This document shows, piece after piece, positions 8,958-18,486 of a stretch of DNA of 64,000 bases (positions are counted from its first letter, which is position 1; every line of letters begins with the position of its first letter). The position numbers and the translations under genes were made by a program. The stretch is taken from positions 32,001 to 96,000 of the forward strand of contig CAWJKV010000015.1 of assembly GCA_963843555.1 (NCBI GenBank), read 5' to 3'. This stretch comes from an uncultured Methanosarcinales archaeon (GTDB taxonomy: Archaea > Halobacteriota > Methanosarcinia > Methanotrichales > Methanotrichaceae). The notes under the pieces were generated by a model that had not been told where the DNA came from, ran no database searches, and saw only the letters and a list, made by a program, of their open reading frames with translations.

Positions 8958-10976
8958 TCATGGCAATGCATTTTGAATTGGCTGATATTTCCCAAGAAGC
9001 TTCGCCAGATCGTTCATGCGCACGGGTTTGCTGATGTAGTCGTCCATGCCTGCAGCCAGGCACTTTTCTTTGTCTCCTTGCAGGGCGAAAGCGGTTATGG
9101 CTATTATCTTCAGGCCTTTATCCGGCCAGCGCTGGCGGATGATCTTTGTAGCCTCCAATCCGTCCATCTCGGGCATTCTGACATCCATCAGCACAATATC
9201 GTATTGCTGGTGTTCCAGCGCTTTCAGAGCCTCTATTCCGTTAGCTGCCACATCAGCGCTATATCCCAGGCGCTTGAGCATGGTCATTGTGACCTTTTGA
9301 TTGGACACATTGTCTTCAGCCAGCAGAACCCGCATAGAACTCGGACCGATTTCCACAATAGTTGGCACAGTCTCTTTCAATGGCGCTGCTCGGGCCGCAA
9401 ATACTGCAATGAGGGCATTATGCAACTGAGACAACTTTATGGGTTTGATCAGTGTTACATCCGATAAGTCGGGCTCTATTCGCTGGCCCATGAAAGCTAG
9501 GATCAGTAGGGGCAAAGTTTTGTTGTATTTGCGAATTATTCTGGCCAGGGGCATGCCATCTATTTCCGGCATATCAATATCCAGGGCAACAGCGTCGAAG
9601 GGATTGCCGCTCTGGACCAATCGGACGGCTTCCTGAACCGAGTCGATGACTGTGGGAATCATGCCCCAATCCCAGGCCTGAAGGCTAAGGATATTTCGAA
9701 TGGTCTTATTTCCTTCAACAATGAGAAGGCGTTTTCCCTGAAGAGAGGGCTGGATTCCGGCAAATGGCAATGTGCTGATAACATGCTCCGCCCTGATTGT
9801 GAAATGGATGGTGGATCCAACTCCAACCTTGCTTTCCGCCCAGATCTTTCCGCTCATCAATTCGACGAGTTTCTTGCTTATCGCAAGTCCCAATCCCGTT
9901 CCCGTGTATTTTTTTGTGATGGGATCATTGGCATTGCTAAACGATTCGAAATCAGCCTGGCTAAATGACTCGGAAAGGCGATCCATCGCCTGGCTATACG
10001 ACTCAAAAAGGTGATCTATCTTATTTGGCGGGATGCCGATGCCTGTATCCTTAATCGCGAAATGAATTTCATATGGAGAACCAGAAAGCTTGGAAGAAGC
10101 TGATACCAGGACTTCTCCCTTCTCTGTGAATTTAACCGAGTTATTGAGCAGGTTGACCAGGATCTGACGCAGCCTGTCCTTATCTCCAATGATCACCCCG
10201 GGCGTATTTTTATCTATTATGCAGGCCAGATTTAGCTTCTTCTCTGCCGCCTTTAATGCCACTGAATCAAGAGCTTCTTCAATGCAATCGCGCAAGTTGA
10301 AATCCTGGACTTCGAGAGTTATTGTTTCCCGCTCAATCTTTGTAAAATCCAGTATGTTGTTTATTATCGACATCAGAGCATCGCCGCTGACCTTGATAGT
10401 CTCTACGAAATCTCTCTGCTCAGGAGTCAGTTTTTCATCAAGAAGGAGGCTTGTCATGCCTATTATTGTATTCATGGGAGTACGAATCTCGTAGCTCATA
10501 TCAGCCATGAATTGCTTATACGTTGTCAAAAGCTCGATAACGCTCTTTTCATCATTTATATAATACTTTTTTTCTCGCCCTGATTTCTCATGAAATAATA
10601 TTTTTCTATCTTCTAAGGTATTGATGTATTTGGATGCGGTGGAGGAGCCTATCGATAATTTGTCAACTATTTGGGAAAATGTCATACCAGGAGAATCGAT
10701 TAAGACCAGGATAATATCACGGAAACGCTTCTGTTGAAGCAGCGGAGTCAAAGTCTTCTCGAGAGGTTTGAGTTTACCGGATGCAAAATATACCTTCAGA
10801 TTTTTTTGTTTTTGGCAGACTATTGACCCCTTCTTTTCCAAATAATCGAGATGATATCTCAGAGTACTCAGGCGGATATCAAGATCCCTTGCTATTTTCC
10901 TCAGATGAGAGCCAGGGTTGTCTGATATGTATTCCAGAACCACTCTACGATTATCGACGCCAACGTCCTCTTGCAT
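8958..10976 (-). CDS. Hybrid histidine-kinase-like protein: N-terminal double wHTH, HisKA (His replaced by Tyr), HATPase and two receiver domains
   Basis: Two wHTH repeats (NPGSHLRKIARDL..STLRYHL and SPGMTFSQIVDKL); H-box MSYEIRTPMN; N-box QILVNLLNNSVKFT; DTGIGI; GTGLGL; receivers VALDIDMP and VLMDVRMP. Start placed at MQEDV. Confidence 0.9.
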   Translation of the reverse strand: MQEDVGVDNRRVVLEYISDNPGSHLRKIARDLDIRLSTLRYHLDYLEKKGSIVCQKQKNLKVYFASGKLKPLEKTLTPLLQQKRFRDIILVLIDSPGMTFSQIVDKLSIGSSTASKYINTLEDRKILFHEKSGREKKYYINDEKSVIELLTTYKQFMADMSYEIRTPMNTIIGMTSLLLDEKLTPEQRDFVETIKVSGDALMSIINNILDFTKIERETITLEVQDFNLRDCIEEALDSVALKAAEKKLNLACIIDKNTPGVIIGDKDRLRQILVNLLNNSVKFTEKGEVLVSASSKLSGSPYEIHFAIKDTGIGIPPNKIDHLFESYSQAMDRLSESFSQADFESFSNANDPITKKYTGTGLGLAISKKLVELMSGKIWAESKVGVGSTIHFTIRAEHVISTLPFAGIQPSLQGKRLLIVEGNKTIRNILSLQAWDWGMIPTVIDSVQEAVRLVQSGNPFDAVALDIDMPEIDGMPLARIIRKYNKTLPLLILAFMGQRIEPDLSDVTLIKPIKLSQLHNALIAVFAARAAPLKETVPTIVEIGPSSMRVLLAEDNVSNQKVTMTMLKRLGYSADVAANGIEALKALEHQQYDIVLMDVRMPEMDGLEATKIIRQRWPDKGLKIIAITAFALQGDKEKCLAAGMDDYISKPVRMNDLAKLLGKYQPIQNALP

Positions 10977-11267
10977 ATGATATTGAACCCTTTTTAGTTT
11001 AAATTTTATACAATGACGTATCCGAAACTGATGCAATTTTGGGTCTATTTAAGGATTTCCTATTAAGAGTTCGGAAATTGTCCCAAATTGCTCTATTTCA
11101 TTCTGACATTGCATTCTGATTGACTCACACTTATTAATAGTATATGCTCTCCGTCAATTATCATGATTCCAATTTGATGAAATCACACGACGAGCTTAAG
11201 AAATTTGTCAACCAGAAATTTGCTGGCTGAAAAAGTAGATATGATACATCCTACTAGCATTTGAAAG

Positions 11268-11612
11268 ATGCCAAACTTCAACGTCTTGCTGGAGGGTGCC
11301 TGGCTGGTCAGAGATGTCAAGACAGAAGATGACGCCATCGGAGTGGCCATTTCTGAGGCAGGCAAGAGATTGAACCAGAGAAAGATGGATTTTGTAGAGG
11401 TAGAGATGGGCCAGTGGGATTGCCCTGAGTGCAAGGAACCCCTCGCGGGCGTCTTTCTCGTCGCCAGCACCGCACTGGTGGCCCTGCTCTTTGAGATAAA
11501 GATCTTCAATGCAGAGAGCCAGGAGCATGCAGGACGAATAGCCAAATCCACGATAGGAAAGGCCCTGGGAACCATCCCCCTTCGAGTGCTGGAGATAGAT
11601 CCGATCAATTAG
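11268..11612 (+). CDS. DUF555/UPF0212 family protein
   Basis: AWLVRDV..DDAIGVAISEAGKRLN, CPxC, and FNAESxEHAxRIAK motifs. Confidence 0.85.
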   Translation: MPNFNVLLEGAWLVRDVKTEDDAIGVAISEAGKRLNQRKMDFVEVEMGQWDCPECKEPLAGVFLVASTALVALLFEIKIFNAESQEHAGRIAKSTIGKALGTIPLRVLEIDPIN

Positions 11613-11651
11613 ACAGCCATTCTTTCCTTAAAAGGCGGGTCTTGAGGACGA

Positions 11652-13952
11652 TTATTTTTTGCCCAATCCGGAAATTCCGGTCTTTGTATCCCCCAGAGTG
11701 GAATAGCCCTTACGACCTGTATCTCCCAGCCCCAGCGATTTTGCCAGCTCCCTGAGATCCCTCTTGCCAGGTTTTCTGGTTTTGGTCCTCTTTGGCGTCG
11801 GTTCCACATTGTATATGCGTTTCTCAGGAATTTTCTCCATCCTCCACTGCGCGATCTTCTCCTTGATCATTTCCTGGCCCTCTTTTGCGTCTACCAATAT
11901 CAATTCCGATCTCACCCATTCGGGGAAGAACTGGTTGACGCCGCCCAGATTGTCGTCTCCAAAACGACGATCGCAAAACAGAAGGACGCCTCTTTCAGAC
12001 TCGGCGCGAATGACCCGGCCCGCAGCCTGCAATCCCCGATTCATAGCGGGCAGGGTATAGGCTATGAGCATCCCTTTCGTCTTGCCATATTTTTTGATGT
12101 AGTAGCCATTGATCTCTTTTTGAATCTCATCATAGGCAGCCAGCGGCAGGCCCACTACGGCCACGCCATTGAGGGCTTCTCCCTTGTAATCAATTCCTTC
12201 CGCCAGCTTTCCGCCACATACTCCCGTCAAGACTGCGCCTGCACGGCGGCCGAGGGAGAAGAACTCCTCCAGCAACTCTGGAACCTCGTCAGCGCTGCGA
12301 GGCTCAATGCAAAGCTTCTTTCCCACCTTTCTTGAGGATACGAGGCACACATCCCTGTAATTATTCATCATGGGGTAAGAGGTAAAGAAGACAGCCACAT
12401 TTCCAGGAACATACTCAATTATCGATCTGATATGTCCGGATATTTCCTCCCTGTTGTCTGCATCGTCCCTGATCTCCAGCTGGGTTGTTGCCTTTTTTGC
12501 AGCCAGGAGCAGGCGGTTTTCTCTGGGAAATGGATTGGGCAGGCTGAGCTTTTGCGCTCTGCCTTCTTCCCCCAGACAGTATAGCTCGTACGCCTCCAGC
12601 GGCGAAAAGGTGCCGGAGAGCATTACAGTAGCGCTGATGTTATCGGTGATGCGCCGGATGTTGGCAGCGGGATCGATATTATTGACCTCCAGGCGGACGA
12701 ACCTCTTTTGCCCTGAGCCGCTCACCACAATCTTCCTCTGGTAGGATGGATCATTTTCAGCCGTCTCCACATCCCTGAGAAAGAGAAGCACAAGCGCAAG
12801 ACTCGGCTGGATGTCTCCTTGCAGGTTTTCTTTGTCCCCCTCGGCCAGATTCAGATCGGCGACAGCCACAGAGACGTCTGAGAAATAGGATAGAGCTTCG
12901 TCAATATCCGCCACACCATTGTAGAGGAAGGAGCGGAACAGATCTGCATCCAGCAGAACTTCTCCCTCCGGCATCCTTTCCTGGCGGCTCTGCAAAAATC
13001 TCTTCAGACGGGGAAGCAGCATCCGTATAACCCTGATTCCTTCCCTCCTCCAGGAAGCTCCCGCTCGCGTTTCCTCGAGCCTTGCCTGGCCCAATGTGCC
13101 TTCGAACTTTTCCACCTCCTTCTCGGCAAGATCTACCATGCGAAGTGTGAGAAGCCGCGAGTTCATAGCCCGCACTGCATCGCCCAGGTTATGGGCTTCA
13201 TCTATAATCAGGGTAACCTTTTCTGAATCTATCTCCAGCCATTGGAATATGATATCCTGAAAGTCAGGGCTGAAGAGGTGAGAATAATTCATTATCACAA
13301 TGTCGCTATTCTTGGCATAGAGGCTCATTATCTCATAAGGGCAGATGCCCTGGCACGAATCAGGAAGCCCGGAAGGAGGCGTGACCCTCTTCTTCAAGCC
13401 TTCCACCACGTCAATAGCACGGCTGGATCTCCGAAAATGGACTTTTCCATTAAGCTCGAAGCCCTCCCTGCTTTTCAGGTAATAGGGGCAGAAGGTCCTA
13501 TAGCCAGGCTCTTCTTCGGGTATGCTGTCGGAACTGGGATCATAGACGCTGGCATTACTTTTGCCGATGCGGGTGGAGACATAATTTTTTGTCCATTCTC
13601 GAAGCCTGGAGCAGCCGGCATAAACGCTCTCACCCCGAAACTCCTTTTCCAGGGGACAGATCCTCTGCTTGCCGACCATGTAAGCGATCTCCGGCTTATG
13701 ACGGGTTTTGGACCATATGCGGTTAATCTCATCGATGTAGATATCGATCTGAGATACTGTTCTCACAGCTACCACTATCTTTCCGGGGGCCGCGGATAAA
13801 GCAGCGCTGATGCAACTCGTCTTTCCTGTGCCGGTGGGCGCATCTATCATCAGCACACCATGCTCTCCAATGCTTACCACATCGTAGACCGCGTCCAGCA
13901 TCCTGTCCTGGTAGGGCCTGAGGGACTCATAAGGGAAATAGTCCAGGTACAC
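11652..13952 (-). CDS. ATP-dependent DNA helicase, XPD/Rad3/DinG family (Fe-S)
   Basis: Q-motif RPYQ, Walker A APTGTGKT, IIDEAHNL, SGT, EGIDY and QAAGRVIR; Cys motifs ICP, FCPYY and ICPYE. Confidence 0.92.
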   Translation of the reverse strand: MYLDYFPYESLRPYQDRMLDAVYDVVSIGEHGVLMIDAPTGTGKTSCISAALSAAPGKIVVAVRTVSQIDIYIDEINRIWSKTRHKPEIAYMVGKQRICPLEKEFRGESVYAGCSRLREWTKNYVSTRIGKSNASVYDPSSDSIPEEEPGYRTFCPYYLKSREGFELNGKVHFRRSSRAIDVVEGLKKRVTPPSGLPDSCQGICPYEIMSLYAKNSDIVIMNYSHLFSPDFQDIIFQWLEIDSEKVTLIIDEAHNLGDAVRAMNSRLLTLRMVDLAEKEVEKFEGTLGQARLEETRAGASWRREGIRVIRMLLPRLKRFLQSRQERMPEGEVLLDADLFRSFLYNGVADIDEALSYFSDVSVAVADLNLAEGDKENLQGDIQPSLALVLLFLRDVETAENDPSYQRKIVVSGSGQKRFVRLEVNNIDPAANIRRITDNISATVMLSGTFSPLEAYELYCLGEEGRAQKLSLPNPFPRENRLLLAAKKATTQLEIRDDADNREEISGHIRSIIEYVPGNVAVFFTSYPMMNNYRDVCLVSSRKVGKKLCIEPRSADEVPELLEEFFSLGRRAGAVLTGVCGGKLAEGIDYKGEALNGVAVVGLPLAAYDEIQKEINGYYIKKYGKTKGMLIAYTLPAMNRGLQAAGRVIRAESERGVLLFCDRRFGDDNLGGVNQFFPEWVRSELILVDAKEGQEMIKEKIAQWRMEKIPEKRIYNVEPTPKRTKTRKPGKRDLRELAKSLGLGDTGRKGYSTLGDTKTGISGLGKK

Positions 13953-14051
13953 AGAAAGAGGATGTTGCTGGGAAGAGATAAATGCTATCCATAGGGCGGA
14001 ATAGAAAAGTTGAAATTGTATTAATGACTTTCTAATTTTGTAGCTCTGAAG

Positions 14052-14630
14052 GTGGGGATGATGAAGGGGATAATTACAGTTCTGATTATATTAATAGCGG
14101 CCTATCTCTTTTCGGCAACGTCTTCTGGGGGCGGCGAGAGCGCCTCGAGCATTTTGGGGTATGAGAATTCAGGGGCGCTGGAAACCGGTGCAGATATGAA
14201 GAGGGTTGAGGTCAGGATGAGTGAAGCTCTGAGTGAACTTGAAGCTCACAGGCGAGTCGCGATTGACAAAAAGAAAGCTTCCGACATTATTAACACCAAT
14301 CTATCTGTGTCAGAGAATAATTCCACAAATTCTTCCGCCATGAATTCCTCGGCACTCAACTCATCTGTGGCCGATCTCCCTGCCGACAAAGCAATTAGAT
14401 CAGCATTCAGTGAATCCGGGGAAGAAGCATCTTCTGAAGGCTCTCTCAACGAAAGCGGTTATGCGGAGCCAGAAGAAATTGGTGCCAATTCCAGGGCCAG
14501 CTTCAAAGGCTTTTACGGCATCACTGCCTCCCAGCATGAGGTGGGCAAGAACGATATCGATTCCAGGACTTTCCTGAGCGGAACCTTTTCCATGGACAAG
14601 ACGGTAAAATTCCAGGATAGAGGCATCTAG
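14052..14630 (+). CDS. Secreted Ser/Asn-rich hypothetical protein
   Basis: N-terminal hydrophobic signal, many NxS/T sequons, and a beta-rich C-terminus. Confidence 0.7.
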   Translation: MGMMKGIITVLIILIAAYLFSATSSGGGESASSILGYENSGALETGADMKRVEVRMSEALSELEAHRRVAIDKKKASDIINTNLSVSENNSTNSSAMNSSALNSSVADLPADKAIRSAFSESGEEASSEGSLNESGYAEPEEIGANSRASFKGFYGITASQHEVGKNDIDSRTFLSGTFSMDKTVKFQDRGI

Positions 14631-14635
14631 GGTCA

Positions 14636-15925
14636 ATGGATGTGCCAATGACAATGAATTGTTGCCCCAAAAAGATCCTATCGATCGCCCTCGTCTCTCT
14701 CATCTTTGTCTCGTTAATCTCTATTTTTCTTGTTCTGGCGGAATCCAATTCAGCCTATGGAGCTGAGCCCAGAGAGGAATGGAATAAGACCTATGGGGGA
14801 AGGTATGGAGATGGCGCCTGGTGCCTGCAAGTGACGTTGGATGGAGGTTATATCCTGGTCGGCAATACGGCAACCAGAGGAGAGGGAAGCGACCTGTGGC
14901 TGATTAAAACAGATCAATATGGAAACCCTATCTGGAGCAGAATTCTCGGAGGATCAGGCGAGGACATCGGATATTTCGTGAAGGAGGCAAATGACGACGG
15001 TTTCATCATCACGGGAAGCACGAAGTCCTTCGGCATGGGCGAGGAAAGGCTCTGGCTGATCAAGACGGATGGCAATGGGAGCCTAATCTGGGATAAAACC
15101 TTTGGGGGATTCGTATCCTCTTCCGGTGACGGTGGGTGGTCCGTCGATGAGACCAAAGATGGGGGTTACATCGCCACGGGCTATACCCAGTCTCTGGGCA
15201 GAGGAAGAAAAGACCTCTGGCTCCTGAAGACCGATGATCTGGGAAACAGGGTCTGGGATCGTACTTACGGCGGACGGGAGGACGATGTGGGTATTTCGGT
15301 TCTGCAGAGCCGGGATGGGGGATACATTGCGGCAGGTCGGACAGCATCCTTTGGAAAAGGTGGAGATGACATCTGGCTCTTGAAAACCGATTCACAGGGA
15401 AAAGAGGCCTGGAATGCTACTTTTGGGGGCAGCAAGGATGACGCCGGCTTTCAGGTGGTGGAGCTCAAGGACGGCTATGCTCTGGTGGGCAGGACAGAAT
15501 CTGGCTCCGATAACAATAGAATCATTCTCATCAGAACCGATCTCGCGGGTCGAGAGCTTTGGGAGAGTACCTACCAGGGGGGTTCGGGCGCATCTCTGCA
15601 GCCGACAACCGACGGCGGCTTCATCATCGCAGGACGGATTGATAGCAAGGAATCGGGAAGAGATGCCCTCATTATCAAGATCGATTCCAGGGGTAACGAG
15701 GCGTGGGCACGAGTCTTTGGAGGTGGGGCAGATGATATCGGCACCTTTGCCGTGCAAAACCGAGATGGAGACTATATTATGGCAGGCATAACCAACACTT
15801 TTGGATCTGGAGCAGAAGACGCCTGGCTTATCAAGATGCGAATGGAAATCCCTCTTCACAATTCGACGAAGTTGCAGAATTTGACTCGGTCATTTCATGC
15901 CATAGCTCTACATCCTGTGACTTAG
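14636..15925 (+). CDS. Secreted beta-propeller repeat protein
   Basis: Signal/anchor helix followed by about seven repeats of W.KTYGG...DGGYI..G.T...DLWLIKTD..G. Confidence 0.85.
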   Translation: MDVPMTMNCCPKKILSIALVSLIFVSLISIFLVLAESNSAYGAEPREEWNKTYGGRYGDGAWCLQVTLDGGYILVGNTATRGEGSDLWLIKTDQYGNPIWSRILGGSGEDIGYFVKEANDDGFIITGSTKSFGMGEERLWLIKTDGNGSLIWDKTFGGFVSSSGDGGWSVDETKDGGYIATGYTQSLGRGRKDLWLLKTDDLGNRVWDRTYGGREDDVGISVLQSRDGGYIAAGRTASFGKGGDDIWLLKTDSQGKEAWNATFGGSKDDAGFQVVELKDGYALVGRTESGSDNNRIILIRTDLAGRELWESTYQGGSGASLQPTTDGGFIIAGRIDSKESGRDALIIKIDSRGNEAWARVFGGGADDIGTFAVQNRDGDYIMAGITNTFGSGAEDAWLIKMRMEIPLHNSTKLQNLTRSFHAIALHPVT

Positions 15926-15998
15926 TTGGATATCATTGTCGTCAGCATCCCTCAACCAATAGACAAAAAATTTTTAAAAGATGAGATGCAATAGCTGA

Positions 15999-16718
15999 AT
16001 GATGCCAACAACCGTCAGGATATCGGATATAAGCCTCTATCTGCGTTGCCCCAGGCTGGTTTACTTTGAGGCTCTGGGAAGTATGCCCAGAAAGAACAAT
16101 GCCCGGCATATCCTCATACGTAGCCTGATGCTCACCCTATCAAAAAAAAGCGATCTGGAAAGCCAGCTAAGAGAGGCTCTGATGAGGTTGGAAGAGGAGC
16201 TGCCTCTGGTTTATGAGATTGAGGTCGCAGAGCTCGGACCCGTCTGCCGGGAGATGGAGGGAAAGATTGCATCGATCGCTGAAAACCTCGCTGAATACAT
16301 CGATTATCTCCTGCCGTATGAACCGGAAGTGGACCTCTGTTCAGAGAAACTGGGTCTATCGGGAAGGCTGGATCGACTTGCGCCGGGCAGTACCCCGTCT
16401 CTCATCCGCACTTGTCAGGCACCAGAGAACGGAGTCTGGAAGAGAGATAGGCTCACAATAGCTGGTTATGCTCTGCTATTGGGAGAGAAGCATAAGATGA
16501 GAATAGATCACGGGCTTGTGGAATATGCGAGCTTTGGCCTTATGCGAACGGTTCAGATTCATAGCGTGGATAGAGCCCGGGTGTTGCGCATACGCGATAG
16601 AATAAAGCAAATAAAAGAAGGCCAGCTTCCCGATCGCCCGGATGGTTCCCGTTGCCAGACGTGTATGGCGTCGGAGATATGCGAGACCCGTCAAACCCTA
16701 GCTTCAAGATTTTTTTAG
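15999..16718 (+). CDS. Solo Cas4/Dna2-like RecB-fold Fe-S protein with degenerate nuclease motifs
   Basis: N-terminal YLRCPR, GLSGRLD, AGYALLL and C-terminal CQTCMASEIC. Confidence 0.8.
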   Translation: MMPTTVRISDISLYLRCPRLVYFEALGSMPRKNNARHILIRSLMLTLSKKSDLESQLREALMRLEEELPLVYEIEVAELGPVCREMEGKIASIAENLAEYIDYLLPYEPEVDLCSEKLGLSGRLDRLAPGSTPSLIRTCQAPENGVWKRDRLTIAGYALLLGEKHKMRIDHGLVEYASFGLMRTVQIHSVDRARVLRIRDRIKQIKEGQLPDRPDGSRCQTCMASEICETRQTLASRFF

Positions 16719-16859
16719 CTTATGAAGAACCCCTGACAGAAGACCGGCTAAACCCATAACTTATAAAGGGGTAGCCTCCTTTATATTGCAGACTCAGCAC
16801 ATTTCAAGCTGATGGCAGGCTGCCCCTTGGGCCGCCTGCCGATTAAGAGGACGTATAAG

Positions 16860-17963
16860 ATGGCAACCATAGAGGAGCAGATTAAGGCGCTGGAAGAGGA
16901 GATCTTTAACACCCAGAAGAACAAGGCCACTGAGCATCATCTGGGTAAGATCAAGGCCAAGATCGCGAAGTTAAAGGCACAGCAAGAACTTCAGAAAATC
17001 AAAGGCGGCGGCGGTGGCAGAAGATACTATATCAAGAAGTCCGGCGACGCAACTGTGGCCCTGGTTGGTTTCCCATCCGTAGGAAAGTCCAGCCTGCTCA
17101 ACTACCTGACGGGATCCAAGTCTGAGGTTGCCGCATATCAATTCACTACCCTGGAGGTCATTCCGGGCGTCATGAAATACAAAGGCGCTGAGATCCAGAT
17201 ACTGGATATGCCGGGCATCATCAAAGGAGCTGCGAAGGGCAAAGGAAGGGGTAGAGAGGTCATAACGGCAGCTCGCGCGGCAGATATAATACTGCTACTG
17301 GGAGACGTATTCAACTATAAGCTGAATATCCTGGAGCGCGAGCTCTATGACGCAGGCATCCGGCTGGACAGGCAGCCTCCTAACATTCACATTACTCAGG
17401 AGAAGAAAGGCGGAATAATCGTGCGCAGTACGGTCCCTCTCACCAACATGACCGAGTTCGAGATCGCAGAGATCATACGCGCCTACGGCATAGTGAACGC
17501 CAATGTCACCATCCGCGAAGATATCGATACGGATAGCCTGGTAGACTTCCTGGCTGGTAACAGAGTCTATATTCCATCTGTGGTGGCCATAAACAAGTTC
17601 GATCTGCGCTACGGAGGAGTCGAGAACAGGATTCGAGAGGAGCTAGACAGAGACTATCTCCCTGTCTCTTGCGCGACACTTGAGGGTTTGGAGGAGCTGA
17701 AGGATATGATTTACCAAAAGCTGGGCTTCATTCGTGTCTATCTCAAGCCGAAAGGGGGCAAAGCGGATCTGGAAGAGCCGTTGGTGCTCTTGGACGGAAG
17801 CACTGTTAAGTCGGTCTGCGAGCATCTTCATCGCGACTTCGTGAATCTCTTCCGCTATGGTCTGGTCTGGGGCAAGAGCGCCAAGTTCCCGGGCCAATCG
17901 ATCGGTCTGGACCATGAGCTCAAGGACTGTGATATACTCTCCATAATCACGAAGAGAAGGTAA
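16860..17963 (+). CDS. drg: DRG family GTP-binding protein with TGS domain
   Basis: TQKNKATEHH, GFPSVGKSS, YQFTT, DMPGII, GKGRG and NKFD. Start at MATIEEQ. Confidence 0.95.
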   Translation: MATIEEQIKALEEEIFNTQKNKATEHHLGKIKAKIAKLKAQQELQKIKGGGGGRRYYIKKSGDATVALVGFPSVGKSSLLNYLTGSKSEVAAYQFTTLEVIPGVMKYKGAEIQILDMPGIIKGAAKGKGRGREVITAARAADIILLLGDVFNYKLNILERELYDAGIRLDRQPPNIHITQEKKGGIIVRSTVPLTNMTEFEIAEIIRAYGIVNANVTIREDIDTDSLVDFLAGNRVYIPSVVAINKFDLRYGGVENRIREELDRDYLPVSCATLEGLEELKDMIYQKLGFIRVYLKPKGGKADLEEPLVLLDGSTVKSVCEHLHRDFVNLFRYGLVWGKSAKFPGQSIGLDHELKDCDILSIITKRR

Positions 17964-18113
17964 GCGACAATTCCGCATTCTAACCAACAAGTATATATGC
18001 CAATCTATCCTTTAGACGATGCTGCATTATTGCGTCGATCAAAGAGATTTGTTGAGATGTTTTCTGTGGCAGTTTCGATTCTTTGAATCGATTCAAAAGG
18101 TACGTGAATTAAA

Positions 18114-18314
18114 ATGTTTGAGCGAAAATATGAAAACAGCGGTAGCAGCAGCAGAGGCGGCTACAATAGCGGTCCGAGAGAAATGACAGATGTTACTTGT
18201 TCAGAATGCGGGAAGCAAACCCAGGTCCCCTTCAAGCCGGATGGATCCAGGCCGGTTTACTGCAGCGAGTGCTATCAGAAGCACAGACCTGCCAGGGCAC
18301 CCAGAAGATACTAA
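18114..18314 (+). CDS. CxxC-x17-CxxC zinc-ribbon small protein
   Basis: PREMTDVTCSECGKQTQVPFKPDGSRPVYCSECY. Confidence 0.9.
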   Translation: MFERKYENSGSSSRGGYNSGPREMTDVTCSECGKQTQVPFKPDGSRPVYCSECYQKHRPARAPRRY

Positions 18315-18385
18315 GCCGATTTGATTATTCCTATAATCGATCTGTTCTAATTGACAGCGTTCGCAACAGGGCGTACAAAAAGAAC

Positions 18386-18420
18386 GCGCGGCGAAGATCT
18401 TCGGCGCCGCGCAGATTTTT
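18386..18420 (+). terminator. GC-rich hairpin plus T-tract
   Basis: Stem GCGCGGCG/CGCCGCGC followed by AGATTTTT. Confidence 0.55.
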
Positions 18421-18486
18421 AACTCATCGCCGCTTGGTGCGGCTCTTTGAAAAGTTGGACTATTTGGCAGGGGCTGGCAAAGGAGC

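Noticed and set aside
15999..16718. CRISPR-Cas locus suggested by the Cas4-like gene
   Set aside because: No repeat-spacer array and no cas1, cas2 or effector genes were seen anywhere in the window.
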